Notes: generated from the letters alone by a model not told the origin. 64,000 bases of DNA from Sphingomonas sp. (GCA_021732445.1 JAKFUZ010000022.1:2218-66217), one strand, 5' to 3'; positions 23,142 to 33,356 are shown, counted from the first letter of the stretch. Numbers and translations: made by a program.

Positions 23142-25970
23142 ATGAAATTGTCATCTGCGGTGCTTTTTGGCGTGTCCCTGGCAGCGCTTGCAACGCCTGT
23201 GGCTGTTGCAGCGCAGACGGCCCCTGCGCTGAAGGCGGCGCCGGTTGCCGATCTCATCAAGCGGGTCAACATTCCCTATGAGCAGTTCACCCTGCCCAAC
23301 GGTCTGCGCGTGATTGTCCATACCGACCGCAAGGCGCCGGTGGTTGCAGTGTCAGTGTGGTACAATATCGGCTCCAAGTTCGAGCCCAAGGGCAAGACGG
23401 GCTTTGCGCATCTGTTTGAGCATTTGATGTTCAACGGAAGCGAAAACGCGCCGGGCGATTTTTTCGAGCCCCTCAAACAGGTCGGCGCGACGGACCTCAA
23501 CGGCACCACCAGCTTTGACCGCACCAATTATTTTGAGACGGTGCCAACGCCTGCGCTCGAAAAGACGCTGTTCATCGAAAGCGACCGGATGGGCTATCTG
23601 CTCGGCGCGGTGACGCAAAGCGTGCTCGATGAGCAGCGCGGCGTGGTGCAGAATGAAAAGCGTCAGGGCGATACGCGGCCCTATGGCCTGCTCCAATATG
23701 AGATTTTCGGGGGGCTTTTCCCGGCCGATCACCCTTATGGCCATACGCCGATCGGTTCGCTCAAGGATCTTGACGCGGCGAGCCTTGACGATGTGAAAAG
23801 CTGGTTCCGCAACAATTATGGCCCCAACAACGCGGTGCTCGTGCTCGCTGGCGACATTGATCTCGCGACCGCCAAAACGCTGACAGCAAAGTATTTCGGC
23901 GCCATCCCGCGCGGGCCGGCGGTCACGTTGCCGGCGGTGTCGATCCCCACGCTTGCCGCGCCGAAATCCGTTGTGTTGAAAGATCGGGTGGCGGCCACGC
24001 TCGTTACGCGGATGTGGGCGGTGCCCGGTCTTAACGACAAGGACGCAGCCGGGTTGACGGCGGCGGCGTCTGTGCTTGGCGGCCTGTCTAGCTCGCGGCT
24101 GAACAATGTGCTCGTGCGGCAGGAAAAGCTGGCCGTGCAGGCTAATTCCAGCGTGTCGTTGCAGTCGCAGGCGGGTATTTTTCAGGTCATCATGGTGGTG
24201 CGGCCCGGCGTTGACGCAGCGGTGGCGAGCAAACGGCTTGACGAGGTGATCGCCGAATTCATGGCCAAGGGGCCAACGGCTGACGAGTTGCAGCGCACCG
24301 TGACGACCAGCGTCGCCGGGCGCATCCGCGGGCTCGAATCGGTCGGCGGCTTTGGCGGCAAGGCCGTGGCGCTGGCGCAGGGCGCGTTGTATTCAAACGA
24401 CCCCGCCTATTACAAAAAGGAACTGGCCGCGCTTGCCGCGCAGACACCGGCAAGCGTCCAGGCCGTCGCCCAGAAATGGCTGTCGCGGCCGACCTATGCT
24501 ATTTCGGTAGAGGCCGGTGCCCGGCCGCCGTCGGACGATGTGGCAGCAGCGCCCAAGTCGGCCGCAACCAAGGATGTGCCGGCAGCGGGCACGCGCGGCG
24601 CGCAGCCGGCAGTCGGTGCGATTGCCGAACTGGCGTTCCCCGCGATCGAGCGGACCCGGCTTAGCAACGGCATCGAGCTGGTTTTCGCGCAGCGTAGCGC
24701 CGTTCCCGTCACGCGCGCGCTCATCAGCTTCGATGCCGGCGCAACAGCGGACCCGGCCGACAAACTCGGCACCCAGCAACTGACGCTGTCGATGCTCGAT
24801 GAAGGCACGACGACCCGCGATTCAATTGCGCTGGCGGAGGCGCGCGAGCGGCTCGGCGTGACCTTCAACGACGGCACCGGTGCTGACCGCACCTATCTGA
24901 GCGTGTCGACACCCAGTGCCAATGCGACCGGCGCCTTCGATCTGTTCGCCGATATCGTCCGCAACCCGGCCTTCAAGCCCGAAGAAGTCGCGCGGCTGCG
25001 CAACGCGCAACTGGCCGGCATCCAGCAGGAGCTGACCAGCCCCGACGGGCTTGCCAACCGCGTGCTCCCGGCGCTCGTTTATGGGCCGCAATCGCTTTAT
25101 GCCAAGACGGCGGCGGGCGGCGGTGATCCGGCGGCGGTCGCCAAGCTGACGCCAGAGGATGTGCGTGCTTTCCACCAGGCGTGGCTGCGCCCGGAAAAGG
25201 CCAAGATTTTTGTAGTGAGCGACCTGACGCTTGCGCAAATCAAGCCGATGGTCGAGGCAAAATTTGGCGACTGGAAGGGCACCGGCGCTGCCGGCGTGAA
25301 AGATTTCAGCGTGAAGCCCGTGCAGGCGGCCGCGCGGATCATTCTTGTCGACCGGCCCGATTCTCCGCAATCGCTGATCGTCGGCGGGCAGCTTACGCCA
25401 CTTGACGGCAAGAGCGACCTGCTTGCAGTCGAGGTGGCCAACGAAGTGCTGGGCGGCGATTTTCTCTCGCGGATCAATTATGATCTGCGCGAGACCAAGC
25501 ATTGGGCTTATGGCGCAGGCGGCGGTTTCGCCCGCAGCGAGAATGCGGTGGCCTATCGCATCCGCGCCTCGGTGCAGGCCGACAAGACGGGCGATTCGAT
25601 TGCGTCGCTGCGCACTGATGTGAAGGAGTTTCTGGGCGACAAGGGCGTGTCGGCGGCAGAGTTCACGCGGACCATCAACGGTGCGACGCGCGAGCTTGCC
25701 GGCAGTTTCGAAACGGCCGGCGCGGTGCTGAACGCGATGCTGGAGAATGACCAGTTCAAGCGACCCGACAATTATTACGCGACCATCACGCAAAAATATA
25801 AGGCATTGTCCGCCAGCCAGCTTGACGCTGCGGCACGCGGTGCGCTGGCGGCGGAAAACTGGGTATGGGTCGTGGTGGGAGACGCCAAGATCGTGCGGTC
25901 GCAGCTTGACAGCCTTGGCCTGCCGGTCGAGGTGATAACGCCAGCGGCCATAGTGGCCGCCAAGAAATAA
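23142..25970 (+). CDS. secreted M16 (pitrilysin/insulinase) family zinc peptidase, fused active + inactive halves
   Basis: ORF trimmed to MKLSSAVLFGVSLAALATPVAVAA|QT. Inverted zinc motif HxxEH seen as FAHLFEHLMFNGSEN, with the downstream E in NEKRQG. 942 aa, i.e. two M16 repeat units. Confidence 0.9.
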   Translation: MKLSSAVLFGVSLAALATPVAVAAQTAPALKAAPVADLIKRVNIPYEQFTLPNGLRVIVHTDRKAPVVAVSVWYNIGSKFEPKGKTGFAHLFEHLMFNGSENAPGDFFEPLKQVGATDLNGTTSFDRTNYFETVPTPALEKTLFIESDRMGYLLGAVTQSVLDEQRGVVQNEKRQGDTRPYGLLQYEIFGGLFPADHPYGHTPIGSLKDLDAASLDDVKSWFRNNYGPNNAVLVLAGDIDLATAKTLTAKYFGAIPRGPAVTLPAVSIPTLAAPKSVVLKDRVAATLVTRMWAVPGLNDKDAAGLTAAASVLGGLSSSRLNNVLVRQEKLAVQANSSVSLQSQAGIFQVIMVVRPGVDAAVASKRLDEVIAEFMAKGPTADELQRTVTTSVAGRIRGLESVGGFGGKAVALAQGALYSNDPAYYKKELAALAAQTPASVQAVAQKWLSRPTYAISVEAGARPPSDDVAAAPKSAATKDVPAAGTRGAQPAVGAIAELAFPAIERTRLSNGIELVFAQRSAVPVTRALISFDAGATADPADKLGTQQLTLSMLDEGTTTRDSIALAEARERLGVTFNDGTGADRTYLSVSTPSANATGAFDLFADIVRNPAFKPEEVARLRNAQLAGIQQELTSPDGLANRVLPALVYGPQSLYAKTAAGGGDPAAVAKLTPEDVRAFHQAWLRPEKAKIFVVSDLTLAQIKPMVEAKFGDWKGTGAAGVKDFSVKPVQAAARIILVDRPDSPQSLIVGGQLTPLDGKSDLLAVEVANEVLGGDFLSRINYDLRETKHWAYGAGGGFARSENAVAYRIRASVQADKTGDSIASLRTDVKEFLGDKGVSAAEFTRTINGATRELAGSFETAGAVLNAMLENDQFKRPDNYYATITQKYKALSASQLDAAARGALAAENWVWVVVGDAKIVRSQLDSLGLPVEVITPAAIVAAKK

Positions 25971-25985
25971 GCGGGAGAAGCGATC

Positions 25986-26288
25986 ATGGCTGAAGTCGAT
26001 GGCACCTGGGAAACCACCGTTAAGTCGCCGCTGGGCGATCAGAAGTCGACGATCGTCGTAACCAGCAATGGTAATAGCTGGACCGGCACCAGCACCGGCG
26101 CGATGGGCACGACCGAAATTACCGACGGCACGGTGGACGGCAACACCCTGAAATGGACGATGCAAATGACGGTCCCGATGCCGATGACGCTCACCTGTGA
26201 AGCGACGGTCGATGGCGATGCCATCAGCGGCACCATTGGTGCTGGCGCCTTTGGCAGCTTCCCGATGACGGGCAGCCGCACGGCCTGA
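25986..26288 (+). CDS. small hypothetical protein (100 aa, beta-rich, Thr/Gly-rich)
   Basis: ATG preceded by gggaga. The sequence reads MAEVDGTWETTVKSPLGDQKSTIVVTSNGNSWTGTSTGAMGTTEITDGTVDGNTLKWTMQM.... Coding-like codon usage. Followed by a strong hairpin. Confidence 0.55.
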   Translation: MAEVDGTWETTVKSPLGDQKSTIVVTSNGNSWTGTSTGAMGTTEITDGTVDGNTLKWTMQMTVPMPMTLTCEATVDGDAISGTIGAGAFGSFPMTGSRTA

Positions 26289-26312
26289 TCGTTTCGGACG
26301 GTGTTATGATGG

Positions 26313-26350
26313 CAAAGGGCTCGCCTCCGGCAAGGGAGGCGGGCCCTTTG
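26313..26350 (+). terminator. stem-loop / probable terminator after the 100-aa ORF
   Basis: caaagggctcgcctcc ggcaag ggaggcgggccctttg forms a 16-bp stem with 1 mismatch, followed by tgtg. The U-tract is weak. Confidence 0.45.
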
Positions 26351-26414
26351 TGCGTTGCGCAGGGCTGGTTGCGCGGTCATGCTGCACGCCGGCAACAAAT
26401 CGGGGGGACGGGAC

Positions 26415-28319
26415 ATGGCAATGGGGTGGTTTGGCGGCGCGGCAGCGCTTGCACTGGGCGCGATGCTGGCAGGCGGTGCTGCGCTCGCGCAAAGCTATAA
26501 TGAGCGCCCCGATGTCGCAACGCTCCCGCAGACCGGCTGGAATTATGAGCGCCGCACCGTCGACGTGCCGATGCGCGACGGGGTGACGCTCCACACCGTC
26601 ATCCTCATCCCCAAGGGTGCAAAGAACGCGCCCATTCTGATGACACGCACGCCCTATAATGCCGAGGCGCTTGCCGCCAATCAGAAGAGCGGCGATCTGG
26701 GGTCGGCGCTGGCGGGCTATGACAATGCCTATGACGTCATCACCGAGGGCGGCTATATCCGTGTCATTCAGGATATTCGCGGCAAATATGGGTCGCAGGG
26801 CGATTATGTGATGAACCGCCCCCTCGTCGGTTCGTCGCTCAACCCGACCAAGGTCGACGATGCGACCGATTGCTATGACACGATCGACTGGCTGGTGAAA
26901 AACACGCCCGAGTCGAACGGCAGGGTCGGTATCATCGGCATCAGCTATGATGGTTATGAACCACTGGTCGCGCTCATCAACCCGCACCCCGCGCTCAAGG
27001 TGTCGGTGCCGATGAACCCGATGGTCGATGGCTGGCGCGGGGATGACTGGTTCCACAACGGCGCTTTTCGCCAGACCAATATGCCTTATGTGTGGGAACA
27101 GGTGGCGACCCGCGACAACAGCTCGGCCTGGGTCTCCAATTATGCGGATGATTACGATCAATATATGAACGCAGGCTCGGCCGGAGAACTGGGCCGGCTG
27201 CACGGGCTGGAGCAGATCGGCACCTGGCGCAAAATCACGCAGCACCCGGCCTATGATGCGTTCTGGCAGGAGCAGGCGATGGACCGCATCCTTGCGCGCG
27301 AGCCGCTCAGGGTGCCCGTGATGCTGGTCCATTCGCTGTGGGACCAGGAAGATATTTACGGGGCACCGGCGGTCTATGCGGCGCTTGAGCCAAAGGATGC
27401 CGCCAACGACATGGTCTATCTGTCGATGGGGCCGTGGCACCATGGCCAGGAAATTGGCGACGGGTCGACGCTGGGGGCGGTGAAATGGGATCAGGACACC
27501 GCCAAATGGTGGCGCCGCCATGTGCTCGCGCCCTTCCTCGCGCATTTCCTGAAAGGGACGCCGATGGACGTGGCGCCGGTTACTGCGTTCCAGTCGGGCA
27601 GCAATGAGTGGCAGCGGCTGAACGGTTGGCCGACCGCGCCGGCCGCGACACCGCTATATCTGCAACCTGGAATGGGGCTTGGCTTTGCGGCGGCGGGGGG
27701 CGCCGCGCAGACGGTGGATTATGTGTCTGACCCGGCGAAGCCCGTTACCTATGAGGTTCGCCCGAATACGCCGACCGGCTATGTCGACAATCGCTGGCCA
27801 ACCTGGCTGGCGGACGATCAGCGCGCGGTTTCAAGTCGCCCGGACGTGCTGACCTTTACCGGCCCGGTGCTGACCGAGGCGGTCACCATCGCCGGCGCGC
27901 CCGTGGTGCATCTGAACGCCGCGACGACGGGCACTGACAGCGACTGGGTCGTCAAGCTGATTGATGTGTATCCTGACCAGGTGGCTGGTGACCGGGCGAT
28001 GGGCGGTTATCAACTGGCGGTGGCGATGGATATTTTCCGCGGGCGCTATCGGGAAGGGTTCGACAAGCCCAAGCCACTCGCCGCCAATACGCCGCTCGAT
28101 TATGAATTCGCGTTGCCCAACGCCAACCATGTCTTCAAGCCCGGCCACCGGATCATGGTGCAGATCCAGTCGAGCTGGTTTCCGCTCTATGACCGCAACC
28201 CGCAAAAATTTGTGCCCAACATCTTTTTCGCCAAGCCCGGCGATTATCAAAAGGCCATGCAGAGCGTGACGGTTGCCGGCGCAAAGGCCAGCTATGTCGC
28301 GCTGCCGGTGGTCAAGTAG
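26415..28319 (+). CDS. CocE/NonD family hydrolase (X-Pro dipeptidyl-peptidase S15 / alpha-amino-acid ester hydrolase type), secreted
   Basis: ORF trimmed to MAMGWFGGAAALALGAMLAGGAALA|QS. MRDGVTLHTVILIPK...ILMTRTPY is typical of the family. Nucleophile elbow GIIGISYDG. C-terminal jelly-roll region HVFKPGHRIMVQIQSSWFPLYDRNP. Confidence 0.85.
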   Translation: MAMGWFGGAAALALGAMLAGGAALAQSYNERPDVATLPQTGWNYERRTVDVPMRDGVTLHTVILIPKGAKNAPILMTRTPYNAEALAANQKSGDLGSALAGYDNAYDVITEGGYIRVIQDIRGKYGSQGDYVMNRPLVGSSLNPTKVDDATDCYDTIDWLVKNTPESNGRVGIIGISYDGYEPLVALINPHPALKVSVPMNPMVDGWRGDDWFHNGAFRQTNMPYVWEQVATRDNSSAWVSNYADDYDQYMNAGSAGELGRLHGLEQIGTWRKITQHPAYDAFWQEQAMDRILAREPLRVPVMLVHSLWDQEDIYGAPAVYAALEPKDAANDMVYLSMGPWHHGQEIGDGSTLGAVKWDQDTAKWWRRHVLAPFLAHFLKGTPMDVAPVTAFQSGSNEWQRLNGWPTAPAATPLYLQPGMGLGFAAAGGAAQTVDYVSDPAKPVTYEVRPNTPTGYVDNRWPTWLADDQRAVSSRPDVLTFTGPVLTEAVTIAGAPVVHLNAATTGTDSDWVVKLIDVYPDQVAGDRAMGGYQLAVAMDIFRGRYREGFDKPKPLAANTPLDYEFALPNANHVFKPGHRIMVQIQSSWFPLYDRNPQKFVPNIFFAKPGDYQKAMQSVTVAGAKASYVALPVVK

Positions 28320-28326
28320 CGCTGCA

Positions 28327-29400
28327 TCAGGCGGGGCGCGCGAGGCGGGTCACATGGCCCATCTTGCGCCCCGGTCGCTGGTCTTTGCCATAAAGGTGCA
28401 GGTGCGCGCCGGGTTCGGCGAGGATGGCGTGCCAGCGGTCGACATCAGCGCCGATCAGGTTTTCCATTTCGATGCGCGGTGCGGTGAGCGCGGTGCTGCC
28501 AAGCGGCAGGCCGCAAATCGCGCGAACATGGTTTTCAAATTGCGATGTCTCGGCGCCTTCGATTGTCCAGTGGCCGCTATTGTGGACGCGCGGCGCCATT
28601 TCGTTGAACACCGGGCCTTGCGGCGTTGCGAAAAATTCCAGCGTCAGCACGCCGACATGGCCAAGCTGTTCGGCCACCCGCCCGGCCAGCACGGCCGCCT
28701 CTGCCCAGTGCGCCGCAATTTCGGGCGGGGCCGGCAGCGACGACCGGGCAAGGATGCCGCCGACATGCTCGTTCCATGGCGGCGGGTAGCTGGCGAGGGC
28801 GCCGTTTGTGCCGCGCACGGTGATGATGGAGAATTCATGGCTGAAGTTGACAAAGCCTTCGAGCACCGCCGGACCGCCGGCAATTGCCTCCCACGCGGAG
28901 GCGGCTTCAGACGGGGTGGCAATGGGCACCTGGCCTTTGCCGTCATAGCCAAGTCGCGCGGTCTTCAGAATGGCGGGCGTGCCAATCGCGGCGAGTGCGG
29001 CCTCAAGCGCGTCGAGCGTGGTGACCGGCGCCCAGCGTGCCGCGCGGCCGCCAAGTGCCTCGACGAAGCGCTTTTCGCTCGCACGGTCCTGTGCCACCCG
29101 GAGGGCCGCCGGGTTGGGGTGCACCGCTACTTTGGTGTTGAGATAGTCGAGCGGCACCGCGTCGATATTTTCAAACTCATAGGTGATGACGTCGCACGCC
29201 GCCGCCAGATCATCGAGCACGATGCGGTTATGATAATCGGCGCGGGTAAAGCTGCCTGCCGTTTGCGCCGCCACGCTCTCGGCATCGGGCGCGAGCACAT
29301 GGGTGCGATAACCAAGTTCCGCCGCCGCACTCGCCAGCATCCGGCCGAGCTGCCCGCCACCCAGAATGCCGATGGTGGAGCCCGGTGGCAGCGGCGTCAT
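28327..29400 (-). CDS. purK: N5-carboxyaminoimidazole ribonucleotide synthase
   Basis: ORF trimmed to [25 protein letters not shown]-grasp family. ATGA overlap with purE. Confidence 0.9.
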   Translation of the reverse strand: MTPLPPGSTIGILGGGQLGRMLASAAAELGYRTHVLAPDAESVAAQTAGSFTRADYHNRIVLDDLAAACDVITYEFENIDAVPLDYLNTKVAVHPNPAALRVAQDRASEKRFVEALGGRAARWAPVTTLDALEAALAAIGTPAILKTARLGYDGKGQVPIATPSEAASAWEAIAGGPAVLEGFVNFSHEFSIITVRGTNGALASYPPPWNEHVGGILARSSLPAPPEIAAHWAEAAVLAGRVAEQLGHVGVLTLEFFATPQGPVFNEMAPRVHNSGHWTIEGAETSQFENHVRAICGLPLGSTALTAPRIEMENLIGADVDRWHAILAEPGAHLHLYGKDQRPGRKMGHVTRLARPA

Positions 29401-29876
29401 TGCGGCTCCGTTGCCACATTCTCGGTTTGCGCCGCGCGCCACGCCTGAAGCCGCCCCGACAGTGCCTCATCCGACAGCGCGAGGATGGCGGCTGCCAGAA
29501 GCCCCGCATTTTTTGCGCCCGGCTTGCCAATGGCGAGGGTGCCAACCGGAACCCCACCGGGCATCTGCACGATGGAGAGCAGGCTATCCATGCCGTCAAG
29601 CGCCTTGGACTGCACCGGCACGCCAAGAACCGGCAGGTGCGTGAGCGCCGCTGCCATCCCCGGCAAATGTGCGGCCCCGCCGGCGCCCGCGATAATCACC
29701 TTCAGCCCGCGTGCCGCAGCGCCCCTGGCATAATCATAGAGCCGGTCGGGCGTGCGGTGCGCCGAGACGACCAGTGCTTCATGCGCGACCGCCAGCTCAT
29801 CGAGCACGGCAGCCGCATGGCGCATCGTCTCCCAGTCGGATGCGCTGCCCATGATGATGCCGACGGGAATAGCCAT
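29397..29876 (-). CDS. purE: N5-carboxyaminoimidazole ribonucleotide mutase
   Basis: [18 protein letters not shown]...[11 protein letters not shown] are class I PurE signatures. ATG 29876 is preferred over the TTG at 29885. Confidence 0.9.
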   Translation of the reverse strand: MAIPVGIIMGSASDWETMRHAAAVLDELAVAHEALVVSAHRTPDRLYDYARGAAARGLKVIIAGAGGAAHLPGMAAALTHLPVLGVPVQSKALDGMDSLLSIVQMPGGVPVGTLAIGKPGAKNAGLLAAAILALSDEALSGRLQAWRAAQTENVATEPQ

Positions 29877-29949
29877 CACGAGCAATTAGCGGCACGGGCG
29901 GCCTAGGGCAATGTTGTTGGCGGACCCCAATGGCCGCCGCTGCCGCGGT

Positions 29950-30636
29950 TTAGCGATCGCTCAGATAATAACGGTCCGTGGCGTTCAGCGCGGAGTCCAG
30001 CTCATAGACAATTGGCTGACCGGTCGGGATTTCGAGGCTGGTGATGTCCTCGTCCGAAATGCCCGACAGATGCTTGACCAGCGCGCGCAGCGAATTGCCA
30101 TGCGCCGAGATAATCACCCGCTGCCCGGCCAGCAGGGCCGGCGCGATGCGCGCATCCCAATAAGGGAGCACGCGGGCGATGGTATCCTTCAGGCTCTCGG
30201 TATCGGGGATGGCGATGCCGGCATAGCGGCGGTCGCCCGCCAGGTCGAATGTGGCGCCAGGCGCCATTGGCGGCGGTGGAATGTCGAAACTGCGGCGCCA
30301 GATATGGACTTGCGCGTCGCCATATTGAGCGGCGGTTTCGGCCTTGTTGAGGCCGGTCAGCCCGCCATAATGCCGCTCGTTGAGCCGCCAGTCCTTTTCG
30401 ACCGGCAGCCACAGCCGCTCCATCGCCTCCAGCGCCAGGTTGAGCGTCTTTATCGCCCGGGTTTGCACGCTGGTGAAGCACTGGTCGAAATCCAGGCCTT
30501 TATCGGCCATCAGCCGCCCGGCCGCGCGTGCTTCCTGCGCGCCTTTTTCCGTCACATCGACATCCCACCAGCCCGTGAAGCGGTTTTCCAGGTTCCAGGC
30601 GGACTGGCCGTGGCGGATGAGGACGAGGCTGGGCAT
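29950..30636 (-). CDS. gpmA: 2,3-bisphosphoglycerate-dependent phosphoglycerate mutase
   Basis: [23 protein letters not shown] carries the catalytic His motif. [12 protein letters not shown] and [10 protein letters not shown] are also present. Confidence 0.95.
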   Translation of the reverse strand: MPSLVLIRHGQSAWNLENRFTGWWDVDVTEKGAQEARAAGRLMADKGLDFDQCFTSVQTRAIKTLNLALEAMERLWLPVEKDWRLNERHYGGLTGLNKAETAAQYGDAQVHIWRRSFDIPPPPMAPGATFDLAGDRRYAGIAIPDTESLKDTIARVLPYWDARIAPALLAGQRVIISAHGNSLRALVKHLSGISDEDITSLEIPTGQPIVYELDSALNATDRYYLSDR

Positions 30637-30687
30637 AAGGTCTGGGTCTCCGTTGAGCGACCGCCCTACCGCGCTGCGTGCCTGCGC

Positions 30688-31806
30688 TCAATAAGTGTCG
30701 ATCAACTCCGCAAGCGTTTCCAGACAGCTATGGGCCAGCGCCCGGCTGCGCTCCGGCGACCAGCCGCGCAGCGGGTCGGGGTTGGCATCATGGTCTTTGA
30801 ACGGCATTTCCAGCGTCATCGCGACGGCGCCGAAGCGTTCGGCGAGCTGGTTGGTCGACATGGCAAGATTGGCCTTGCCGGGCGCGGATTTGGCATAGCC
30901 CAGGCTGGTCTGGAAATCGGGCGTGCGGGCGGCAAGCGCCTTTTGAAACGCATAGAATTTGTCGCCAAGCGCATCGGTCCAGCTTGGAATACCTTCAAAC
31001 CCTGCGATGAAATTGGCGGGGATCGCTTCATCACCGTGCACGTCCATCGCGAAGGTAACGCCCGTTGCGTCCATGGCGCCTCGGATGGCCAGTATTTCCG
31101 GGCTGCGCTCGGGTGAGGGCGCGTGCCATTCGCGGTTGAGGTTGACACCCGCCGCATTGGTGCGCAGGTGCCCGCGCGACGCCCCGTCAGGGTTGACGTT
31201 TGGCACGATGTGGAAGGTCGCCTTGGCGAGCAGCGTGGCCGTCACCGCGTCTGCGCTGTTGGTCAGCCGTTCTAGCGCCCCTTGCGCCCACCACTCGGCC
31301 ATCGTCTCGCCGGGATGTTGCCGGGCATAGAGCCACACGGGCTTGGGGCCATGCCCGACCATGAGGCAGTCAATCGGCTGCCCGTCGAGCGATTCGCCAA
31401 GCACCCGGTGGGTGACGCCCGGCATGTTTGCATAGGTTGCGATCAGCGCGTTGTGCCGCTCGGCGGTATAGGGCGCGAAATACGCGACCCACAGCACATC
31501 ATGCACGCCACGATGCCGGATTTCGAGCACGCCGTCAGCATAGCGGGTATCGGCCAGGTGCCAATGCTCCCGGTCGTGGCTGATGCGTGCCTTATAGCCC
31601 GGCCAGCCCAGCGGATAGGCAGCCCCGCCCGCGTTTACGATCCGCAGGCACAGCGGCTGCCCCGCGGCGCCTGCCACCCGGAAATAAAACCATTGGTAAA
31701 AGTCGCTGTTGCGATCCTTCACGATTTCAAGGTCGGCTGAGGGGCCGTCAATCGCCACGACATGGATGTTGCCGCCATCAAACGCGGCCGTGATGCTGAT
31801 CGTCAT
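30688..31806 (-). CDS. M14-family zinc carboxypeptidase-like protein (cytosolic carboxypeptidase type with N-terminal beta-sandwich)
   Basis: ORF trimmed to MTISITAAFDGGNIHVV. Zinc motif HxxE seen as RQHPGETMAEWW. Downstream DVHGDE. ATGA overlap with the upstream gene. Confidence 0.8.
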   Translation of the reverse strand: MTISITAAFDGGNIHVVAIDGPSADLEIVKDRNSDFYQWFYFRVAGAAGQPLCLRIVNAGGAAYPLGWPGYKARISHDREHWHLADTRYADGVLEIRHRGVHDVLWVAYFAPYTAERHNALIATYANMPGVTHRVLGESLDGQPIDCLMVGHGPKPVWLYARQHPGETMAEWWAQGALERLTNSADAVTATLLAKATFHIVPNVNPDGASRGHLRTNAAGVNLNREWHAPSPERSPEILAIRGAMDATGVTFAMDVHGDEAIPANFIAGFEGIPSWTDALGDKFYAFQKALAARTPDFQTSLGYAKSAPGKANLAMSTNQLAERFGAVAMTLEMPFKDHDANPDPLRGWSPERSRALAHSCLETLAELIDTY

Positions 31807-32381
31807 TTCACCCTGATAGTGCGCCCTGATTCGCCGGGGAAGCCCCTGAACAGCGCATCGGCCAATTTGGCGGGCTCTTCTTCGGTTTTGGCGGCGCTGG
31901 CCCTGCGCTCGCTTTGGGCGCGCCCTTCCCAAATGACGCTGCCGCTCGCCTGATCGGCCAGGCGCACCGACAGCTGAGTTACATAAATGGCGCGGGATTG
32001 CCGCTTGCCGATGCCAAAGGCTGCGCTCGCCCCGCCGCCCACGCCGCCGCCAAAACCTCCGCCGCCAATGCCGATGGTGACCGGCCGCTGCGCCGCCTCA
32101 AATTCGCGCACCTCGCGCGAAAAGCTGACGGTGGCGGTCAGCGGGGGCAATGCGCCGGCAGTGTCATCGCCAAAGCCCAGGCGCCGCAACTGGTCGCGCA
32201 CCGCGTCTGCATAAAGCTTGACTTCAAGCCCGGCGCCATCAAGGCCGGGTGCCGCCACCACCAAGACCGCGCGCCGCTCAATGGGCGTGCCAAGGTGAAA
32301 CCGCGTGACCAGAACGGGCGTGGCTGCGACTGCGCTCCCGGCGACCATCAGCGAAAAAGCGGCGAAAAGGCGTTTCCTCAT
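31803..32381 (-). CDS. exported hypothetical protein (DUF4136-like lipoprotein-type fold), Gly-rich loop
   Basis: Signal peptide MRKRLFAAFSLMVAGSAVA|AT. Internal GIGGGGFGGGVGGGASAAFGIG. Translationally coupled to the M14 gene. Confidence 0.55.
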   Translation of the reverse strand: MRKRLFAAFSLMVAGSAVAATPVLVTRFHLGTPIERRAVLVVAAPGLDGAGLEVKLYADAVRDQLRRLGFGDDTAGALPPLTATVSFSREVREFEAAQRPVTIGIGGGGFGGGVGGGASAAFGIGKRQSRAIYVTQLSVRLADQASGSVIWEGRAQSERRASAAKTEEEPAKLADALFRGFPGESGRTIRVK

Positions 32382-32587
32382 GCTATCAACCCTCCTGGTT
32401 TCGGCCGGGCGCTACCCTGGCCGGGGCGCGGCCGCAACGCTAGCGCCCGCCTTGGTGAACACAGCCTGTCCGCCGGGGCTGACACACCATTTTTGCGCGC
32501 GCTGATGCTTGACTTGGGCACCACCCGGCGATAGGTGCCACGACTTTCAAGATCGACACCGATTTTACCAGCAAAGAAGCGCGCGCC

Positions 32588-32713
32588 ATGAAGATTCGCA
32601 ACTCTCTGAAGTCCCTGAAGGACCGCCACCGCGACAATCGCGTCATTCGCCGTCGTGGCCGCACCTATGTCATCAACAAGACCAATCGCCGGTTCAAGGC
32701 CCGCCAGGGCTGA
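32588..32713 (+). CDS. rpmJ: 50S ribosomal protein L36
   Basis: Too short for the ORF track. Translated by hand as [41 protein letters not shown] (41 aa, zinc-less type B L36). Confidence 0.9.
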   Translation: MKIRNSLKSLKDRHRDNRVIRRRGRTYVINKTNRRFKARQG

Positions 32714-32723
32714 ATTTCCGCGC

Positions 32724-33356
32724 ATGTCCGTGTCGGCCGTCATTTTTGACGTTGGCAAGGTATTGTATGACTGGGACCCCCGGTTCCTTTACGCCAAGGT
32801 TTTTGAAGAGCGCCTGATCGCCGACGATCTGGCGCTCGATGCGTTTTTGCGGGACGTGGTGACGCCGCAATGGCATTTTCAGCATGATGCCGGGCGCGCC
32901 TTTGCCGATACGTCAGCGGAATTGATCGCGGCGTTCCCCCAGCACCGCGCGCTCATTGAAATATGGGGCGAGCGCTTTGGCGAAACGATCCGCGGGCCGC
33001 TGCCCGGCATGGACGCGCTGGTAGGCGCGCTTTACGCACGCGGTGTTCCGCTATTTGCCATCACCAATTTTTCGGCGGACTTCTGGCCGCCGTTCCGGCT
33101 GCGCGAAGCGGCGATGTTCGACCGGTTCGGCGGAATCGTGGTGTCGGGAGAGGAGCGGCTGATGAAGCCCGATCCCGCGATATTCACGCTGGCGCTCGAC
33201 CGGTTCGGGCTGCGCGCCCGTGACGCGCTATTCATCGACGACTCGGCCAAAAATGTGGCCGCTGCCCAGGCACTTGGCATGGCCGGGCACGTGTTTGACG
33301 GCGCTGAACGGCTCCGTGCCGAGCTTTTCGACCGCGGGCTGCTGGATCAGCTATAA
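32724..33356 (+). CDS. HAD-superfamily hydrolase
   Basis: ORF trimmed to MSVSAVIFDVGKVLYDW (motif I variant DxGxV). Also ITNFS and FIDDSAKNV (motifs II and IV). Confidence 0.8.
   Translation: MSVSAVIFDVGKVLYDWDPRFLYAKVFEERLIADDLALDAFLRDVVTPQWHFQHDAGRAFADTSAELIAAFPQHRALIEIWGERFGETIRGPLPGMDALVGALYARGVPLFAITNFSADFWPPFRLREAAMFDRFGGIVVSGEERLMKPDPAIFTLALDRFGLRARDALFIDDSAKNVAAAQALGMAGHVFDGAERLRAELFDRGLLDQL

Noticed and set aside
24822-26165. 447-aa minus-strand ORF antisense to the M16 peptidase
   Set aside because: Shadow ORF. The M16 frame carries HxxEH and a signal peptide, and this frame has none.
26304-27545. 413-aa minus-strand ORF antisense to the CocE/NonD hydrolase
   Set aside because: Shadow ORF with His/Arg/Pro-rich low-information sequence.
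28273-29448. 391-aa plus-strand ORF antisense to purK
   Set aside because: purK on the minus strand has the ATP-grasp N-terminus [11 protein letters not shown] and couples to purE. The plus-strand frame is Arg/Gly-rich noise.
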